NCBI GenBank assembly: GCA_024760505.1
Contig: CP058931.1
Span: 352,136 to 416,135 of the forward strand
From: Nitrospira sp.
GTDB taxonomy: Bacteria; Nitrospirota; Nitrospiria; Nitrospirales; UBA8639
Length of the DNA stretch: 64,000 nt
Reading direction: 5' to 3'
Position numbers and translations under genes: made by a program. Below are positions 10,059 through 20,402 of the stretch, one piece after another; the stretch's first letter is position 1; each line of letters begins with the position of its first letter. Under the pieces are notes generated by a model, which saw only the letters and a program-made list of their open reading frames with translations, was not told the DNA's origin and did not search any database.

Positions 10059-11671
10059 AGCGGTTCCTCGAGGAGTGCTTCGGACCGCATTTCTTCCAAC
10101 TCTTCTTCCCGGCTTGGGTACAACGGGAGTTGAGTGGGATAGGCCAACCAGACGAGGGCGGCCAATCCCACAAACATGTAGCTGGCCAGCAGAAACGCAT
10201 CGCTCATGGCCAGAATTCCCGCATATTGCCTGACAAGTGCCAGGAGTTTGCCATTCACCATGGAAGAATCGAGCCCGACGCCCTCTAGCTTGCCAGAGAA
10301 TCCTCCCAACACGTCGAAGGAGGCATACCGCCTTCCCCCAAAATGGTTCGCCAAATGAAGCTGATGGAAGGGAAGACGTCGGAAATGCACAACCTCCTGG
10401 TAGGTAATTCCGAACGCTCCGGCGGAAATCCGCAACAGATTGGCCGTTTCCGCTGCACGTATCACCTGAACGTCAGACAATCGATGAAGCATGAGCACAG
10501 TCAGGGGGGTGAAAAATGATCCCAGGAATAGACCTTCGAGCAGCATAGGCCAGAAAATCTGATCAAATGAGTGAGGATCGTCGTATTGGCCTATCCAGTA
10601 CAGAGTCAAAGCAAATCCAAGAAAATTGAGACTCGCCAGCAGGCGAACGTCGACCCGCTTGGAGAGCTCATGCATCACGGCCACCATCGGAGCCCCCAAC
10701 AACACCATGGGAAGGAGCGCCATACCGGCAAGGAGCGAGGAATACCCCATTAACAATTGAAGCTGGAGGATCAGCAGTGTGAGTAATCCCTGGATCGAAA
10801 AGAATCCGACCACCAAACAGATGACCCCGATGGTAAAATTCCGATCAGCGAACAACCGCAGATCCAGAATAGGATGGCGTTCGCCAAACTCCCAGATGAT
10901 AAAACAAGGCAATGCCGCGATGACGACGATCAGGACGCCACGGAGGAATGGCGAGTCAAGCCAGTCAAAATCGTTCCCCATGTTTAGAAGACTCTGAATG
11001 CCACCCAAAATGACGGCCAACAGAAAAAATCCCACAAAGTCGAACCGGGTACGCTGTCGATTGAATCCCCGACCATACAGCAAGGCACCCATGAAGCCGA
11101 CGACAACCAGGGAGAGGACCACATCCATATAAAACAGATAACGCCACCCGAGATCATCCGCGATCCACCCGCCCACAGGAAGTCCAATGGTAAACGGCGT
11201 AATGGTAAACAAACCCCAGATGGCTAATCCCATGGACCTGAGCCGATCCGGGTACTCTCTGAGGAGCATGGCTTGTGAGAGAAAAATCGTGAGGCCGCCT
11301 GCAAACCCCTGAACAATTCTGGCATTCAGAAATTCCCAATGGGTCTGACTGATGGCCCCAATATACGAAGCCACGGCATACAGAAGAAAAGCGACAACAA
11401 ACACACGGGTATTGCCGTACCGGTCAGACAGCGTGCGACCAATGGGAATGCCCAGCGCCAGAGCAATCATGAAATCCGTCTGAGCCCAGGTCAGGAAACT
11501 CGGCAACACTCCCTCCAGGTCGCCGGCGACATGGGGCAACAGCGCAACATAGGACCCGGCATTGAACATCACGAGAATGTGCCCCAGACCGAGCGTGATA
11601 TTGAACAGAATAAAGTGCCAGCCTCGCAGGCGTTTAACAAACATGGCCTGCATGGGTTTCCTCTGCCTCAC
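10055..11671 (-). CDS. MFS drug:H+ antiporter, DHA2 (EmrB/QacA) family, about 14 TMS
   Basis: 538 aa, highly hydrophobic, with an MFS motif-A-like GRTLSDRYGNTRVF. Its position with the MFP and OMF genes forms an EmrAB-OMF type operon. Confidence 0.85.
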   Translation of the reverse strand: MRQRKPMQAMFVKRLRGWHFILFNITLGLGHILVMFNAGSYVALLPHVAGDLEGVLPSFLTWAQTDFMIALALGIPIGRTLSDRYGNTRVFVVAFLLYAVASYIGAISQTHWEFLNARIVQGFAGGLTIFLSQAMLLREYPDRLRSMGLAIWGLFTITPFTIGLPVGGWIADDLGWRYLFYMDVVLSLVVVGFMGALLYGRGFNRQRTRFDFVGFFLLAVILGGIQSLLNMGNDFDWLDSPFLRGVLIVVIAALPCFIIWEFGERHPILDLRLFADRNFTIGVICLVVGFFSIQGLLTLLILQLQLLMGYSSLLAGMALLPMVLLGAPMVAVMHELSKRVDVRLLASLNFLGFALTLYWIGQYDDPHSFDQIFWPMLLEGLFLGSFFTPLTVLMLHRLSDVQVIRAAETANLLRISAGAFGITYQEVVHFRRLPFHQLHLANHFGGRRYASFDVLGGFSGKLEGVGLDSSMVNGKLLALVRQYAGILAMSDAFLLASYMFVGLAALVWLAYPTQLPLYPSREEELEEMRSEALLEEPL

Positions 11672-12009
11672 AGACAGATATTTCCGCTTGGCTGAGCGGA
11701 TAGAGAAAAATATTTATGGCTGACGCGTTGAACCTGTTGAGGATCTATGGTGGCGGAGCCATGTGCACAAAACATTGTCAGGCCGGGGAAGACCACCCCT
11801 CCGACCAGGTTGCCCGGCATGTCAGGAATCTTGTTCAAAAACCTCCAGTGAGCCATACCAATCTCAGCTCCCATTACCATACCGACTGGAATGACAAACA
11901 TGGTCACCACCGCGTGTGCAATCCCCTGCGAGAAGAACAGAACCGTAGGCCTCCAAATGCCACATCCCCTCCCAATAAAGAACGTAGGGCAATAGGCAAT
12001 TACTACGGT
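11668..12009 (-). pseudogene. Truncated formate/nitrite transporter (FNT, FocA/NirC-like) C-terminal remnant
   Basis: The open frame after a TAA reads TVVIAYCPTFFIGRGCGIWRPTVLFFSQGIAHAVVTMFVIPVGM...PGNLVGGVVFPGLTMF. By eye this aligns to the FocA region ...SGRSL...FVASGFEHSIANMFMIP...DNLIPVTIGNIIGG. About 110 aa remain of a ~270-aa family, there is no in-frame ATG before 11910, and upstream DNA is AT-rich and non-coding. The stop overlaps the MFS start. Confidence 0.55.
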
Positions 12010-12205
12010 TTACCCAACCATCCAATGGTTTGACATCCTCCATGATGCTTCCTCCGACAGATGGTAAACCTCCTTATCTGAATTTCCAGGTCTCCTCCTA
12101 CTCATCAAAAATGCTCTTTTTTATCGAATTGCAATTTGGACTCCCGATGAACGAATCCTTTGTGATGAAAAAGAGTTTTTTATTATTTTTTCATATATTC
12201 AACGA

Positions 12206-12252
12206 GGAAGAGCACAAGGAGGTGAAACGTATTCCCCCCTTTGTGCTCTTCC
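12206..12252 (-). terminator. Strong stem-loop downstream of the Zn-ribbon ORF (possible terminator, no clear U-tract)
   Basis: GGAAGAGCACAA (12206-12217) pairs perfectly with TTGTGCTCTTCC (12241-12252), giving a 12-bp stem and a ~23-nt loop. It begins 24 nt after the stop at 12276. Confidence 0.35.
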
Positions 12253-12275
12253 AGCAGCGGACTTGCGGTTCTTCG

Positions 12276-12515
12276 TTAGGCTTCTATGGTTTGGGCATTT
12301 TTCCGCATTATCTGTCTGGATGGTGAAAACGTTTTAAGACGGGCCTTGCCCGCTTTGGGCCTGGGTTCGTTTTCCCGATTTTGTAAAATCAAAGAATCGA
12401 CAATTTCTCCACAGTTATAGCACTGCCAAGCCATGGACCATAACTGTCCTGAATCATTAAGATGATCTCCCATATTTAGCCAATGCATGAGACCAGCACA
12501 ACGACGACAATTCAT
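12276..12515 (-). CDS. Small Zn-ribbon protein (CxxC...CxxC), paralog of 32911-33156
   Basis: MNCRRCAGLM...WQCYNCGEIVDSLILQNR. It shares the pattern C-x2-C-x-G-L-M-x(17-20)-C-x2-C-G-[ED]-I-V-D-x2-I-L-x-N-R with the ORF at 32911-33156. Located directly downstream of nxrB. Confidence 0.55.
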   Translation of the reverse strand: MNCRRCAGLMHWLNMGDHLNDSGQLWSMAWQCYNCGEIVDSLILQNRENEPRPKAGKARLKTFSPSRQIMRKNAQTIEA

Positions 12516-12667
12516 AACATTCCCCCTTTCCGGCTTCTCCCCTTAACAGGGGAGAGACCGGGTGGCGATTTTTCCCTGACACGCATTTTTTAATCGCCAG
12601 CCGGCCTCCAGCCTCACCGAAAATTGATGGTTCCGGTTGTCTCCCACTGTATAAATAACCATGGAAC

Positions 12668-13957
12668 TTACAGCCAGTTCACCCGCTCCGCCGGGCGGAT
12701 GTAAATCGGCTCTTCCACTTGCTGCCGCACCGCTTCCTTGCCCGACTTGTTGAAGCCCAACACCGTGTCGTTGTACATCTCAAACTTCCGCCCATGGATT
12801 TGGGTTTCAAACACTTTCGGCCCCGGAATCACGTCATACCGGAAGATGATCTGCTGGCTCGCCCGCCACAACTGCAGCACCGCCAACAACTCCCGGCTCG
12901 GCACCAGATACTTCTCAATCGCATTATCCACCCCCGGCCCGAACATCTGCCGGATGTAGCCCCGCGGCGCCTGCCGCGGTGGGATGTAAAATCCGTTGGG
13001 TTCCGTGCCCCATTGCGGATACAACGGCAACGCCACTTGTTCCACCCGGATGGCATAGTACAACGGATTCCAGCGATCTTCCGCCCAGAGCCCGTCATCG
13101 CCCACCTTCACCAACCCTTGCAGCCGGATTTTGCCCACGCACGCTGCCATACACCGCGTCTCCATCGGCTCGCCCCCGGTTAAGGGGTCTTTGCCTTCCA
13201 CCCGCGGATAGCACGCAATACACTTCTCACTCACCCGCGTCGTGCCCCGGTACATCGGCTTTTTAAACGGGCATTGCTCCACACACTTCTTGTACCCCCG
13301 GCACCGGTTCTGGTCGATCAACACAATCCCGTCTTCCGGCCGCTTGTAGATGGCCTTCCGCGGACACGCCGCCAGACACCCCGGATACGTACAGTGGTTA
13401 CAGATGCGTTGCAGATAGAAGAAGTACGTCTCATGCTCCGGCAAGCTGCTGCCTTGCATTTTCCACGGCTCTTCTTTCGTGAACCCCGTCTTATCCACCC
13501 CTTCCACGATGGCCCGCATCGAGGTGGCCGTATCTTCATAAATATTCACAAACCGCCATTCCTGGTCGGTCGGGATGTAGCCAATGGCCGCCTGCCCGAT
13601 CTTGGCGCCCGCGTCAAAGATCGTCATCCCTTCAAACACCCCATACGGCGCATGGTGTTTGCGGCCCACCCGCACGTTCCACACCTGCCCGCCCGGATTG
13701 ACCTGCTCAATCAACTGCGTGATCTTCACATCGTAGAACTGCGGATAGCCCCCGTATGGCTTCGTTTCCACGTTGTTCCACCACATGTATTCCTGCCCTT
13801 TGCTGAACAGCCACGTCGACTTGTCCGCCATCGAGCAGGTTTGACACGCCAAACACCGGTTGATGTTAAAGACAAACGCGAACTGCCATTTCGGATGCCG
13901 CTCCTCATACGGATACAGCATCTTTCGTCCTAACTGCCAGTTATACACTTCAGGCAT
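12668..13957 (-). CDS. nxrB: Nitrite oxidoreductase beta subunit (Fe-S subunit of a type II DMSO-reductase-family enzyme)
   Basis: Four ferredoxin-type Cys clusters (CLACQTC, CNHCTYPGC, CRGYKKCVEQC, CIACYPRVE). I prefer the start MPEVYNWQLGRK at 13957, which has GGAGG 7 nt upstream and gives 429 aa, over the ORF-track start at 14011. Confidence 0.9.
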   Translation of the reverse strand: MPEVYNWQLGRKMLYPYEERHPKWQFAFVFNINRCLACQTCSMADKSTWLFSKGQEYMWWNNVETKPYGGYPQFYDVKITQLIEQVNPGGQVWNVRVGRKHHAPYGVFEGMTIFDAGAKIGQAAIGYIPTDQEWRFVNIYEDTATSMRAIVEGVDKTGFTKEEPWKMQGSSLPEHETYFFYLQRICNHCTYPGCLAACPRKAIYKRPEDGIVLIDQNRCRGYKKCVEQCPFKKPMYRGTTRVSEKCIACYPRVEGKDPLTGGEPMETRCMAACVGKIRLQGLVKVGDDGLWAEDRWNPLYYAIRVEQVALPLYPQWGTEPNGFYIPPRQAPRGYIRQMFGPGVDNAIEKYLVPSRELLAVLQLWRASQQIIFRYDVIPGPKVFETQIHGRKFEMYNDTVLGFNKSGKEAVRQQVEEPIYIRPAERVNWL

Positions 13958-14014
13958 TGTCGTCCTCCGTTTCAGTGAAAATGTCGGGGCTGCCCGGGAA
14001 GAGCCGGCCAACGC

Positions 14015-14434
14015 TCAGGTTGCCAACCCTCCGGTATCAACCCAGCAATCAATTTTTCGAAAATTCCTTAAGGCCATGACCCCGTTCACCATATGACTGA
14101 GATTGTGAAGATCTACGGTTTTGATCATGACCTCACAATTCCCAATTTCTTTCATTTCCTGTGGATCTATCCAACCTTCATACGCGGTAAAGATAATGGC
14201 TGGAATAGAAGAAATTTTTCGAATAGCATGCAGGGTTTCCACCCCATTCATCCCACCCATTTTATAATCCACCAAGATCACATCAGGTTCATCCCTATGA
14301 TCTCTTAAAAATTCCATCAAGGCCTCTCCCGATTCAAAGGCACGTACCGTGCAATGCAACCGAGAAAGTTTTTTCGCAATATTTAACCGAACCACCTCAT
14401 CATCATCCACCACAAATACAGAGGGTTTGCTCAC
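14015..14434 (-). CDS. Stand-alone CheY-like response-regulator receiver protein
   Basis: VFVVDDDEVV (acidic pocket), ILVDYKMGGMNG (phospho-acceptor Asp), IIFTAY and MIKT are the conserved receiver positions. There is no output domain. GTG start. Sits between nxrA and nxrB. Confidence 0.8.
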   Translation of the reverse strand: MSKPSVFVVDDDEVVRLNIAKKLSRLHCTVRAFESGEALMEFLRDHRDEPDVILVDYKMGGMNGVETLHAIRKISSIPAIIFTAYEGWIDPQEMKEIGNCEVMIKTVDLHNLSHMVNGVMALRNFRKIDCWVDTGGLAT

Positions 14435-14520
14435 CGACGGGTCCTACCTGGTTCATCTTGCTTCCCCTCACAGTTTTCATGATAAAAGGCTTACAAGAAT
14501 TATTGAGGTCCAACGATCAC

Positions 14521-14597
14521 AAAAAAAGGAGGCTGGGGGGAGGTATTCATCATATTTCTTTCTAGACGTCAATATAGAAAAAATATCCCCAGCCTCC
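14521..14597 (-). terminator. Long-loop hairpin plus T7 tract immediately downstream of nxrA (possible attenuator or terminator)
   Basis: On the minus strand, GGAGGCTGGGG (rc of 14587-14597) pairs with CCCCAGCCTCC (rc of 14528-14538) and is followed by TTTTTTT (rc of 14521-14527). The stem is 11 bp and GC-rich, but the loop is about 48 nt, which lowers confidence. Confidence 0.35.
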
Positions 14598-14604
14598 AGC
14601 TCAC

Positions 14605-17600
14605 CTACACTTTGATCTTAATGTGATCACCCTTCAGCCATTTGATCATAAACTCATTCTCCTGACCTGGCGTGAACCCGGTCCGGACGGGTTCCCACGG
14701 CCCGCGTCCGCCGATGCCGCCATCCTCCGCCTTGGTAATCCGGATGAGACACTCCTTCGGTACCGTGTTGACCGCATGATGATCAATTTCAAAACCCCAT
14801 TTAAATTTCCATTTATTCGCCATTTTGCCTGGCAACGAGTCCAATTGGTGCATCGGCATCAGCCAACTGCGGGTAAAGGACTGTTGCGCCCCATACCGGA
14901 AGTTCGATTGATAGCCGGTGTCCAGTGCAATCGCCCGTCCGTCCGGCCGGGTTTCATGCCCCTTCACCGACTTTGCCGTCGACACGTACGGCGCATGCTT
15001 GGCCATCGTGACATGGTACGGGAAGGCCGGGTTGTACTTCGCCCGGATCATCAACCGCGCCACCTTGTAATAGGGGTCGCTGGGCTTCCAGCCACGATAC
15101 GGCCGGTCCACCGGATTCCCATCGACGTAGACATAGTCCCCGTCGTTGATCCCACGATCTTTGGCCGCTGATGGGTTGACATGGATTTGATGCTCACCCA
15201 CCCCCGGTGTCCGCTTATCCATTCGATAGGCATCGCCAAAGTTGGATTCATACATCTGGACCCAATCGTTCACCGACCATTGGCTATGCACCCGATGCCG
15301 GGTCTTCGGCGTCACACAATAGAACTGATACCCCTTCTCCCAGAGCGGATTGGCGTACCGTTTAATTTCCGCCCAGGGCAACTTGATGTTGCGAACGGTT
15401 TTGTCGTCATGATGTTGCGCCGTGATCGGAATCCCATAGTCATCCGGCCGGATATACGGATTGGATGACATGATCGCATTCGGCAGGTAAGGTGTCGCTT
15501 CCGTTCCCTCCCGATGCGAGATGAAGTTTTCCCCATATTCAATAGCCTCCGGCTCCACCCGGTAAGTTTCCAGCCGGCCACTGCGGGTCCACATCGGTTT
15601 CGATTCGTTGGTTTCTTCCCACAATGGAATACGAGGATAGGTCCGGGTCATCACCATCCAGCCCTTTTCCGATTTCAACATCGTGTCCGCCGAATAGCCA
15701 TAGGAAGTGCTACCGGCATCCAACAACCGTTGAACATACACATCCACGCGATTGTCATAGACAAATTTGAAGTAATCGCGGAACCGGCCGTCACCGGTCA
15801 TTTCGGTAAGTTTGGCCGCGACGCCCGCCACCGTATCCAAATCGTTCCGCGTGTCATACAACGGCCGGATACCGCCTTTCCAAACCTGCATCCAGGGATT
15901 GGAGACAGTGGCGGTCATTTCAGGATAGGTAAACTCCATCCACCCGTTTACCGCAAAGGACACATCGGCGTGATTCACATCGGATGTCATTTCAATGTCC
16001 TGAGTCACAATCGTTTCGATGTGGGGATCCACATTCTTGACCATGTCATAATGGTGTTTGGAATTATTGAGAATATTGACATTCGCCACCCATCGGAGCT
16101 TACTCGGCGTGGGCATATGCGTCTTGCCGGTAAACACCCGACGACCATATTTTGGCGTATTCACAATCAACGCCGTATCGCCGTGGTTCCAGTACGTCGT
16201 CTCTTCGCCGTAATAGTATGGACGGTAATTAATTTCTTTCCCATGGGCATTCGGATCCGTCGTGATTTTGAACGGATTTTCCCCGGTGTGGATCCCGATG
16301 CCTTCCCCGGACCATGGCGTGGCCGCCCAAACACCAACCTTATAGTTTCCTGACCATGTATGACATCCCGAACCGAATTTCCCCATGTTTCCGGTCAGAG
16401 TCATTACCATGGCGGCTGCACGCCCCATCGACGTCATATGAAAGTAATGGCAGACGCCTTCTCCATTATGAATGGCGGCCGGTTTGATGGTCCCGTTATC
16501 TCGAGCCCATCGAACAATAAGGTCTTTCGGACATCGATTGATTTGGTGGACCGTATCCAGATCGTAATCCTGAAGATGGACTTGATACATCTGGAAAAGA
16601 GGCATGACATCCGCCTCCCTCCCACTCAGCAATTTCACCCTGAACGATCCCGTCAACGCCGGGTCAATGCCGCTCTTCTTGAAATGCCAACCCACCAGTT
16701 CTCGATGAAGCGGGACCGCCTTGTCCTGATTGAGATCCCACACCATAAACCCTCCAAGACGAGCAATCTGCGAAGGCGAAAGCCCTTGCACTTTGCCGGA
16801 GTAAGATTTGGAAAAATCCGGGAAGGCATAATCTTTAATGACATCACGCGGATCCAAATATTGCAGGGTGTCCGTGCGAATCAACAAGGGAAAATCCGTG
16901 CTGGATCGAATGAAATCGTTGTCCTGAAGTCCATCGTCTAAAATTATTTTGCAGGCCCCGAGGAATAACGCTCCATCTGTCTCGGGGCGGACCGGCATCC
17001 AATAATCGGCCCGTTGTGCCGTTGGATTGTATTCCGGGGTAATGACCACTACTCGACCACCCCGTTCAATGGACTCCAGTTTCCAATGGGCTTCCGGCAT
17101 CTTGTTTTCGACGAAATTTTTTCCCCAGCTTGTATTCATCTTGCTGAATCTCATGTCAGAAAGATCGCAATCGATGGCTTGCGCTCCGGACCAGAAGGGT
17201 TGCGAAGGATCCTGATCACCGTGCCAGGTCAAATTGTTAAAATATCGCCCCCCCTGCGCACTGTCCGGTCCGACCTTTCTCACCCAACTATCCAACAGGG
17301 CTCCACATCCTCCGTTCATCCGGGTAATACCCATTTTGCCTATGACACCTAACACGGGCATACCAGCACGAAATTTCATGCTCCGGACTCCTGAGCCCTT
17401 CATCATCTCGATCATTTCCGGAGGATACCCTTGTTCCCGTAATCGCCTCGCACCGGCCTCGCCACTATACCGGTTGGCGATCACGATCATGGCCTTGGCC
17501 AAATAGGTAAACGCGGTATCCCAGGAGACCCGCAACATATCATCCAAATAGCGCGCACTGAATTTATATTTGGTCATGACCGTTGGGTCTAATTCCGGAC

Positions 17601-18042
17601 TTCCGTCATCCATCCAGGCTTTCCAGCCACGCCGCATCAAGGGCCCCTTTAAACGGTATGGACCATACACACGCCGATGGTAGGTATACCCCTTCAAACA
17701 CATCCGGGGATTATGGGCAAAGGTCCCCCGATTCCCGTACATATCCTCATAGGTTTGATGATCGTAGTTTTGCTCTACGCGCATGACGACCCCGTTCCGG
17801 ACAAACGCCCGGATACGACAGGCATGCGTGTCATTCGGAGAACAACACCAGGTAAAGGAACTGTCATACCGGTATTGATCGTGATAAACCCTCTCCCAGG
17901 AGCGATCCGGGTATTCACCCAATGGATTGCCCACCTCCACAACCGGTTGTAATGCCGTCAACGCCAGCGCATTATCCGCCAACGCCACAGCTGCCACAGT
18001 GCCTGCTGTAATTTTTAAAAATTGTCTTTTTGTGACCAACAT
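14605..18042 (-). CDS. nxrA: Nitrite oxidoreductase alpha subunit (molybdopterin subunit, periplasmic type)
   Basis: About 1145 aa. Tat-like leader MLVTKRQFLKITAGTVAAVALADNALALTA, N-terminal Fe-S Cys cluster (TWCCSPNDTHAC) and molybdopterin oxidoreductase architecture. Adjacent to nxrB and the bd-like oxidase. I prefer the ATG at 18042, with GGAGGA 7 nt upstream, over 18057. Confidence 0.9.
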   Translation of the reverse strand: MLVTKRQFLKITAGTVAAVALADNALALTALQPVVEVGNPLGEYPDRSWERVYHDQYRYDSSFTWCCSPNDTHACRIRAFVRNGVVMRVEQNYDHQTYEDMYGNRGTFAHNPRMCLKGYTYHRRVYGPYRLKGPLMRRGWKAWMDDGSPELDPTVMTKYKFSARYLDDMLRVSWDTAFTYLAKAMIVIANRYSGEAGARRLREQGYPPEMIEMMKGSGVRSMKFRAGMPVLGVIGKMGITRMNGGCGALLDSWVRKVGPDSAQGGRYFNNLTWHGDQDPSQPFWSGAQAIDCDLSDMRFSKMNTSWGKNFVENKMPEAHWKLESIERGGRVVVITPEYNPTAQRADYWMPVRPETDGALFLGACKIILDDGLQDNDFIRSSTDFPLLIRTDTLQYLDPRDVIKDYAFPDFSKSYSGKVQGLSPSQIARLGGFMVWDLNQDKAVPLHRELVGWHFKKSGIDPALTGSFRVKLLSGREADVMPLFQMYQVHLQDYDLDTVHQINRCPKDLIVRWARDNGTIKPAAIHNGEGVCHYFHMTSMGRAAAMVMTLTGNMGKFGSGCHTWSGNYKVGVWAATPWSGEGIGIHTGENPFKITTDPNAHGKEINYRPYYYGEETTYWNHGDTALIVNTPKYGRRVFTGKTHMPTPSKLRWVANVNILNNSKHHYDMVKNVDPHIETIVTQDIEMTSDVNHADVSFAVNGWMEFTYPEMTATVSNPWMQVWKGGIRPLYDTRNDLDTVAGVAAKLTEMTGDGRFRDYFKFVYDNRVDVYVQRLLDAGSTSYGYSADTMLKSEKGWMVMTRTYPRIPLWEETNESKPMWTRSGRLETYRVEPEAIEYGENFISHREGTEATPYLPNAIMSSNPYIRPDDYGIPITAQHHDDKTVRNIKLPWAEIKRYANPLWEKGYQFYCVTPKTRHRVHSQWSVNDWVQMYESNFGDAYRMDKRTPGVGEHQIHVNPSAAKDRGINDGDYVYVDGNPVDRPYRGWKPSDPYYKVARLMIRAKYNPAFPYHVTMAKHAPYVSTAKSVKGHETRPDGRAIALDTGYQSNFRYGAQQSFTRSWLMPMHQLDSLPGKMANKWKFKWGFEIDHHAVNTVPKECLIRITKAEDGGIGGRGPWEPVRTGFTPGQENEFMIKWLKGDHIKIKV

Positions 18043-18094
18043 CAAACGCTCCTCCATACTAAGGTTGACAGTTCCGGCTCACGACACAAACCCT

Positions 18095-18283
18095 TTACTC
18101 CTCCTTTCTTTGAGACTGCCTCAACCGATGTCTTTCCCAGACATTCAATTCGGCAGGTATCACTACCGCGGTTTTTGGGGGATCGACCATAAGATTTGCC
18201 CATCCCAACACTAAGACTCCCACGAAGCTGACTATCCCGAAGATCATTTCAATCAGAGGATTTGCAACCCAAAATTCCATCAT
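18095..18283 (-). CDS. Hypothetical small single-TM protein
   Basis: 62 aa with one hydrophobic helix (MIFGIVSFVGVLVLGWANLMV) and a basic C-terminus. GGGGGA lies upstream of the ATG. Located between the bd-like oxidase and nxrA. No family recognised. Confidence 0.3.
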   Translation of the reverse strand: MMEFWVANPLIEMIFGIVSFVGVLVLGWANLMVDPPKTAVVIPAELNVWERHRLRQSQRKEE

Positions 18284-18416
18284 CTCTTTCCCCCTCTCTG
18301 TTCAATCACTCCATCATCCGCTTCACTTACATGAGTGACCGTGCCTTTCGCCCCTGTCCTCACGCTGACTTCATGAATCCCTGATTCATTCATCCCTAGC
18401 TTCCCCAGGAAATACA

Positions 18417-20402
18417 TCAGGAACGACTGGCCGGTTGTGGGGTGAACTGCGGCACAGCCGGTGACTCTGGTACCTTCGGCGTCTCCGGTACCGGCGATTT
18501 TTTACCGGCAAATGCCGCCAGCCAGAACACAAATAAAATGGTCGACCAGAACAGCAGAACATTGAAGGAGATCATATTCGCGGCAAACCCGATGGTGTGC
18601 GTATAGGCCCAGGGCGAGTTATCCCGCATCACCTCGTTGACATGCCAGAAGAGACGGACTGATGAACGGATGTATCCCATCAAGGCCATCATCCAGGTAA
18701 ATTCCGTGGCCAGGGCGATCAGAGCATATTGCGATCTCGCCGGCATTTTGCCCCATTGAATGGGGCCCGCCACCTTGGCATTTTTCAGCATGGCCAGATT
18801 CATCGGCATCATTAACAGGAGGCACGACATCGTGGTAGCCACCTGGGGTACCGATAGACCAATCCGCACGTTTGCCGGAATGAAATAACCATAGATGGCT
18901 AACCAAATAATATTGAGACTGCCGACCACGAAAAAACAGGTCATGAAAATATTGCCGAATTTTTTCCATTTCACTGCCGGAATCAAATTGCCGCGCTGAT
19001 ACCAAATGAAACTCACAATCGTCACAATGATGAGCATATTGATTCCGCCATTTTTGGCCGACATCACCCCATAGTTCCCTAAAACGGGATGCTGTTGACC
19101 TCCCATGGCTTTTAACTCAGCCGGGGTCATCACAATGGTATGGGGCGTGATAAATACCAGGAGGCCCACGACCGCAATAAACACCAGATATTTAATATAC
19201 CGTTGGAATCGTTCCGCACCCGGCATCCGGCCAAAGCATTGCCACAAGTAATAACTTGTACTCAGAAAAAGGGCACCGATCATGGTGGCCTGAATAATAA
19301 ACAACCAAGCGAGGAGGCCTCCCATCAGGGTAATTCCCATTTGCTGGCGATACGCATACACCTCCCGCATGAGCCAATAGCCCGCAAACGGCAATGGAAT
19401 GAGGAAAATGACTGCGATAAACATCGCGACGTATCCCATCCAATCGTAATGGGCACGTTCTTCATCGGTTTTCGCGGATAAAAACCGATAGGCCGCGTAG
19501 GCGGCAACGACGCTGCCTCCGAATGCCATATTTCCTAGAATTCGATGAACATTCAGCGGATTCCACAACGCGCTATGAATCGCATGCCAAATGTTCCCGA
19601 GATACCGTCCCTGTTCATCCACTCCTGCCGGTGACATCATGAAGGCGATCCACGAATTCGCTAAAAACATCAGCACGGTTCCAATGACATTCAAGACCAC
19701 GGCGATACTGAGATGCACCCACTTCAGGACGCCTTCCCTCATCCTGTCCCATCCATAGTAGTAGATATACAACGTTCCGCTTTCGGCGACGAACAGCAGA
19801 GCGTAGATGTGCATGACAGGACGAAAAATCCCTGAGAGATAACTGAAAAATGTGGGATAGAGCGTGAGAAAGGTGAAAAGGAGAATGCCCCCAAGGATTG
19901 CCGTCAACGAATAGGCGGTCAGACTGATTCTGATAAAATCATAGGCCAGCTGGTCGTATTTCTTCGCCATGGCCTTATCCTTTGTCACCATGCCGATGAA
20001 CTCAATCACCATACAGAAGATAGGAACCGCCAAGACAAAACTGCCGTAATACAAATGCTGCTGGTTCGCAACCCAAATCAGCACTCGACTTTCAAAATTG
20101 CCATAGCGGGGATAATCATGCGTATTGTCCGCGGTGACTGGAGCAGTTTCACTCGACACCACGCCTTCGGTCTTGTAATAAATATCCCGTCCCATTTCGA
20201 CCGGCGCTGCCCCTTCCTCACCCTCGACAACCTCCTGAGCAGGCGGGGAGCTTTGCCCTCCCCCCGACGCGATGGCTTCACCATTTCCAAATAGGATCGG
20301 CATCGCGATACCGATCGGCAGCAGCAACATTCCCACAATGATGCCGATCAGCATCATTGCGGCATTTTTTTTAAGCTTCATTCCCTCACGTATTCCACTC
20401 AT
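18417..20402 (-). CDS. Cytochrome bd-like oxidase (CydA-like polytopic membrane protein)
   Basis: 661 aa with about 14 hydrophobic segments and a CydA-like N-terminal region (NFESRVLIWVANQQHLYYGSFVLAVPIFCMVIEFIGM). Nitrospira genomes are known to carry such bd-like oxidases. Confidence 0.8.
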   Translation of the reverse strand: MSGIREGMKLKKNAAMMLIGIIVGMLLLPIGIAMPILFGNGEAIASGGGQSSPPAQEVVEGEEGAAPVEMGRDIYYKTEGVVSSETAPVTADNTHDYPRYGNFESRVLIWVANQQHLYYGSFVLAVPIFCMVIEFIGMVTKDKAMAKKYDQLAYDFIRISLTAYSLTAILGGILLFTFLTLYPTFFSYLSGIFRPVMHIYALLFVAESGTLYIYYYGWDRMREGVLKWVHLSIAVVLNVIGTVLMFLANSWIAFMMSPAGVDEQGRYLGNIWHAIHSALWNPLNVHRILGNMAFGGSVVAAYAAYRFLSAKTDEERAHYDWMGYVAMFIAVIFLIPLPFAGYWLMREVYAYRQQMGITLMGGLLAWLFIIQATMIGALFLSTSYYLWQCFGRMPGAERFQRYIKYLVFIAVVGLLVFITPHTIVMTPAELKAMGGQQHPVLGNYGVMSAKNGGINMLIIVTIVSFIWYQRGNLIPAVKWKKFGNIFMTCFFVVGSLNIIWLAIYGYFIPANVRIGLSVPQVATTMSCLLLMMPMNLAMLKNAKVAGPIQWGKMPARSQYALIALATEFTWMMALMGYIRSSVRLFWHVNEVMRDNSPWAYTHTIGFAANMISFNVLLFWSTILFVFWLAAFAGKKSPVPETPKVPESPAVPQFTPQPASRS

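Noticed and set aside
18262-18279. TGGAATTTTGGGTTGCAA on the minus strand, about 220 nt upstream of nxrA, which looks like a sigma-54 promoter.
   Set aside because: The GG to GC spacing is N11 instead of the essentially invariant N10. It also lies inside the first codons of the 62-aa ORF.
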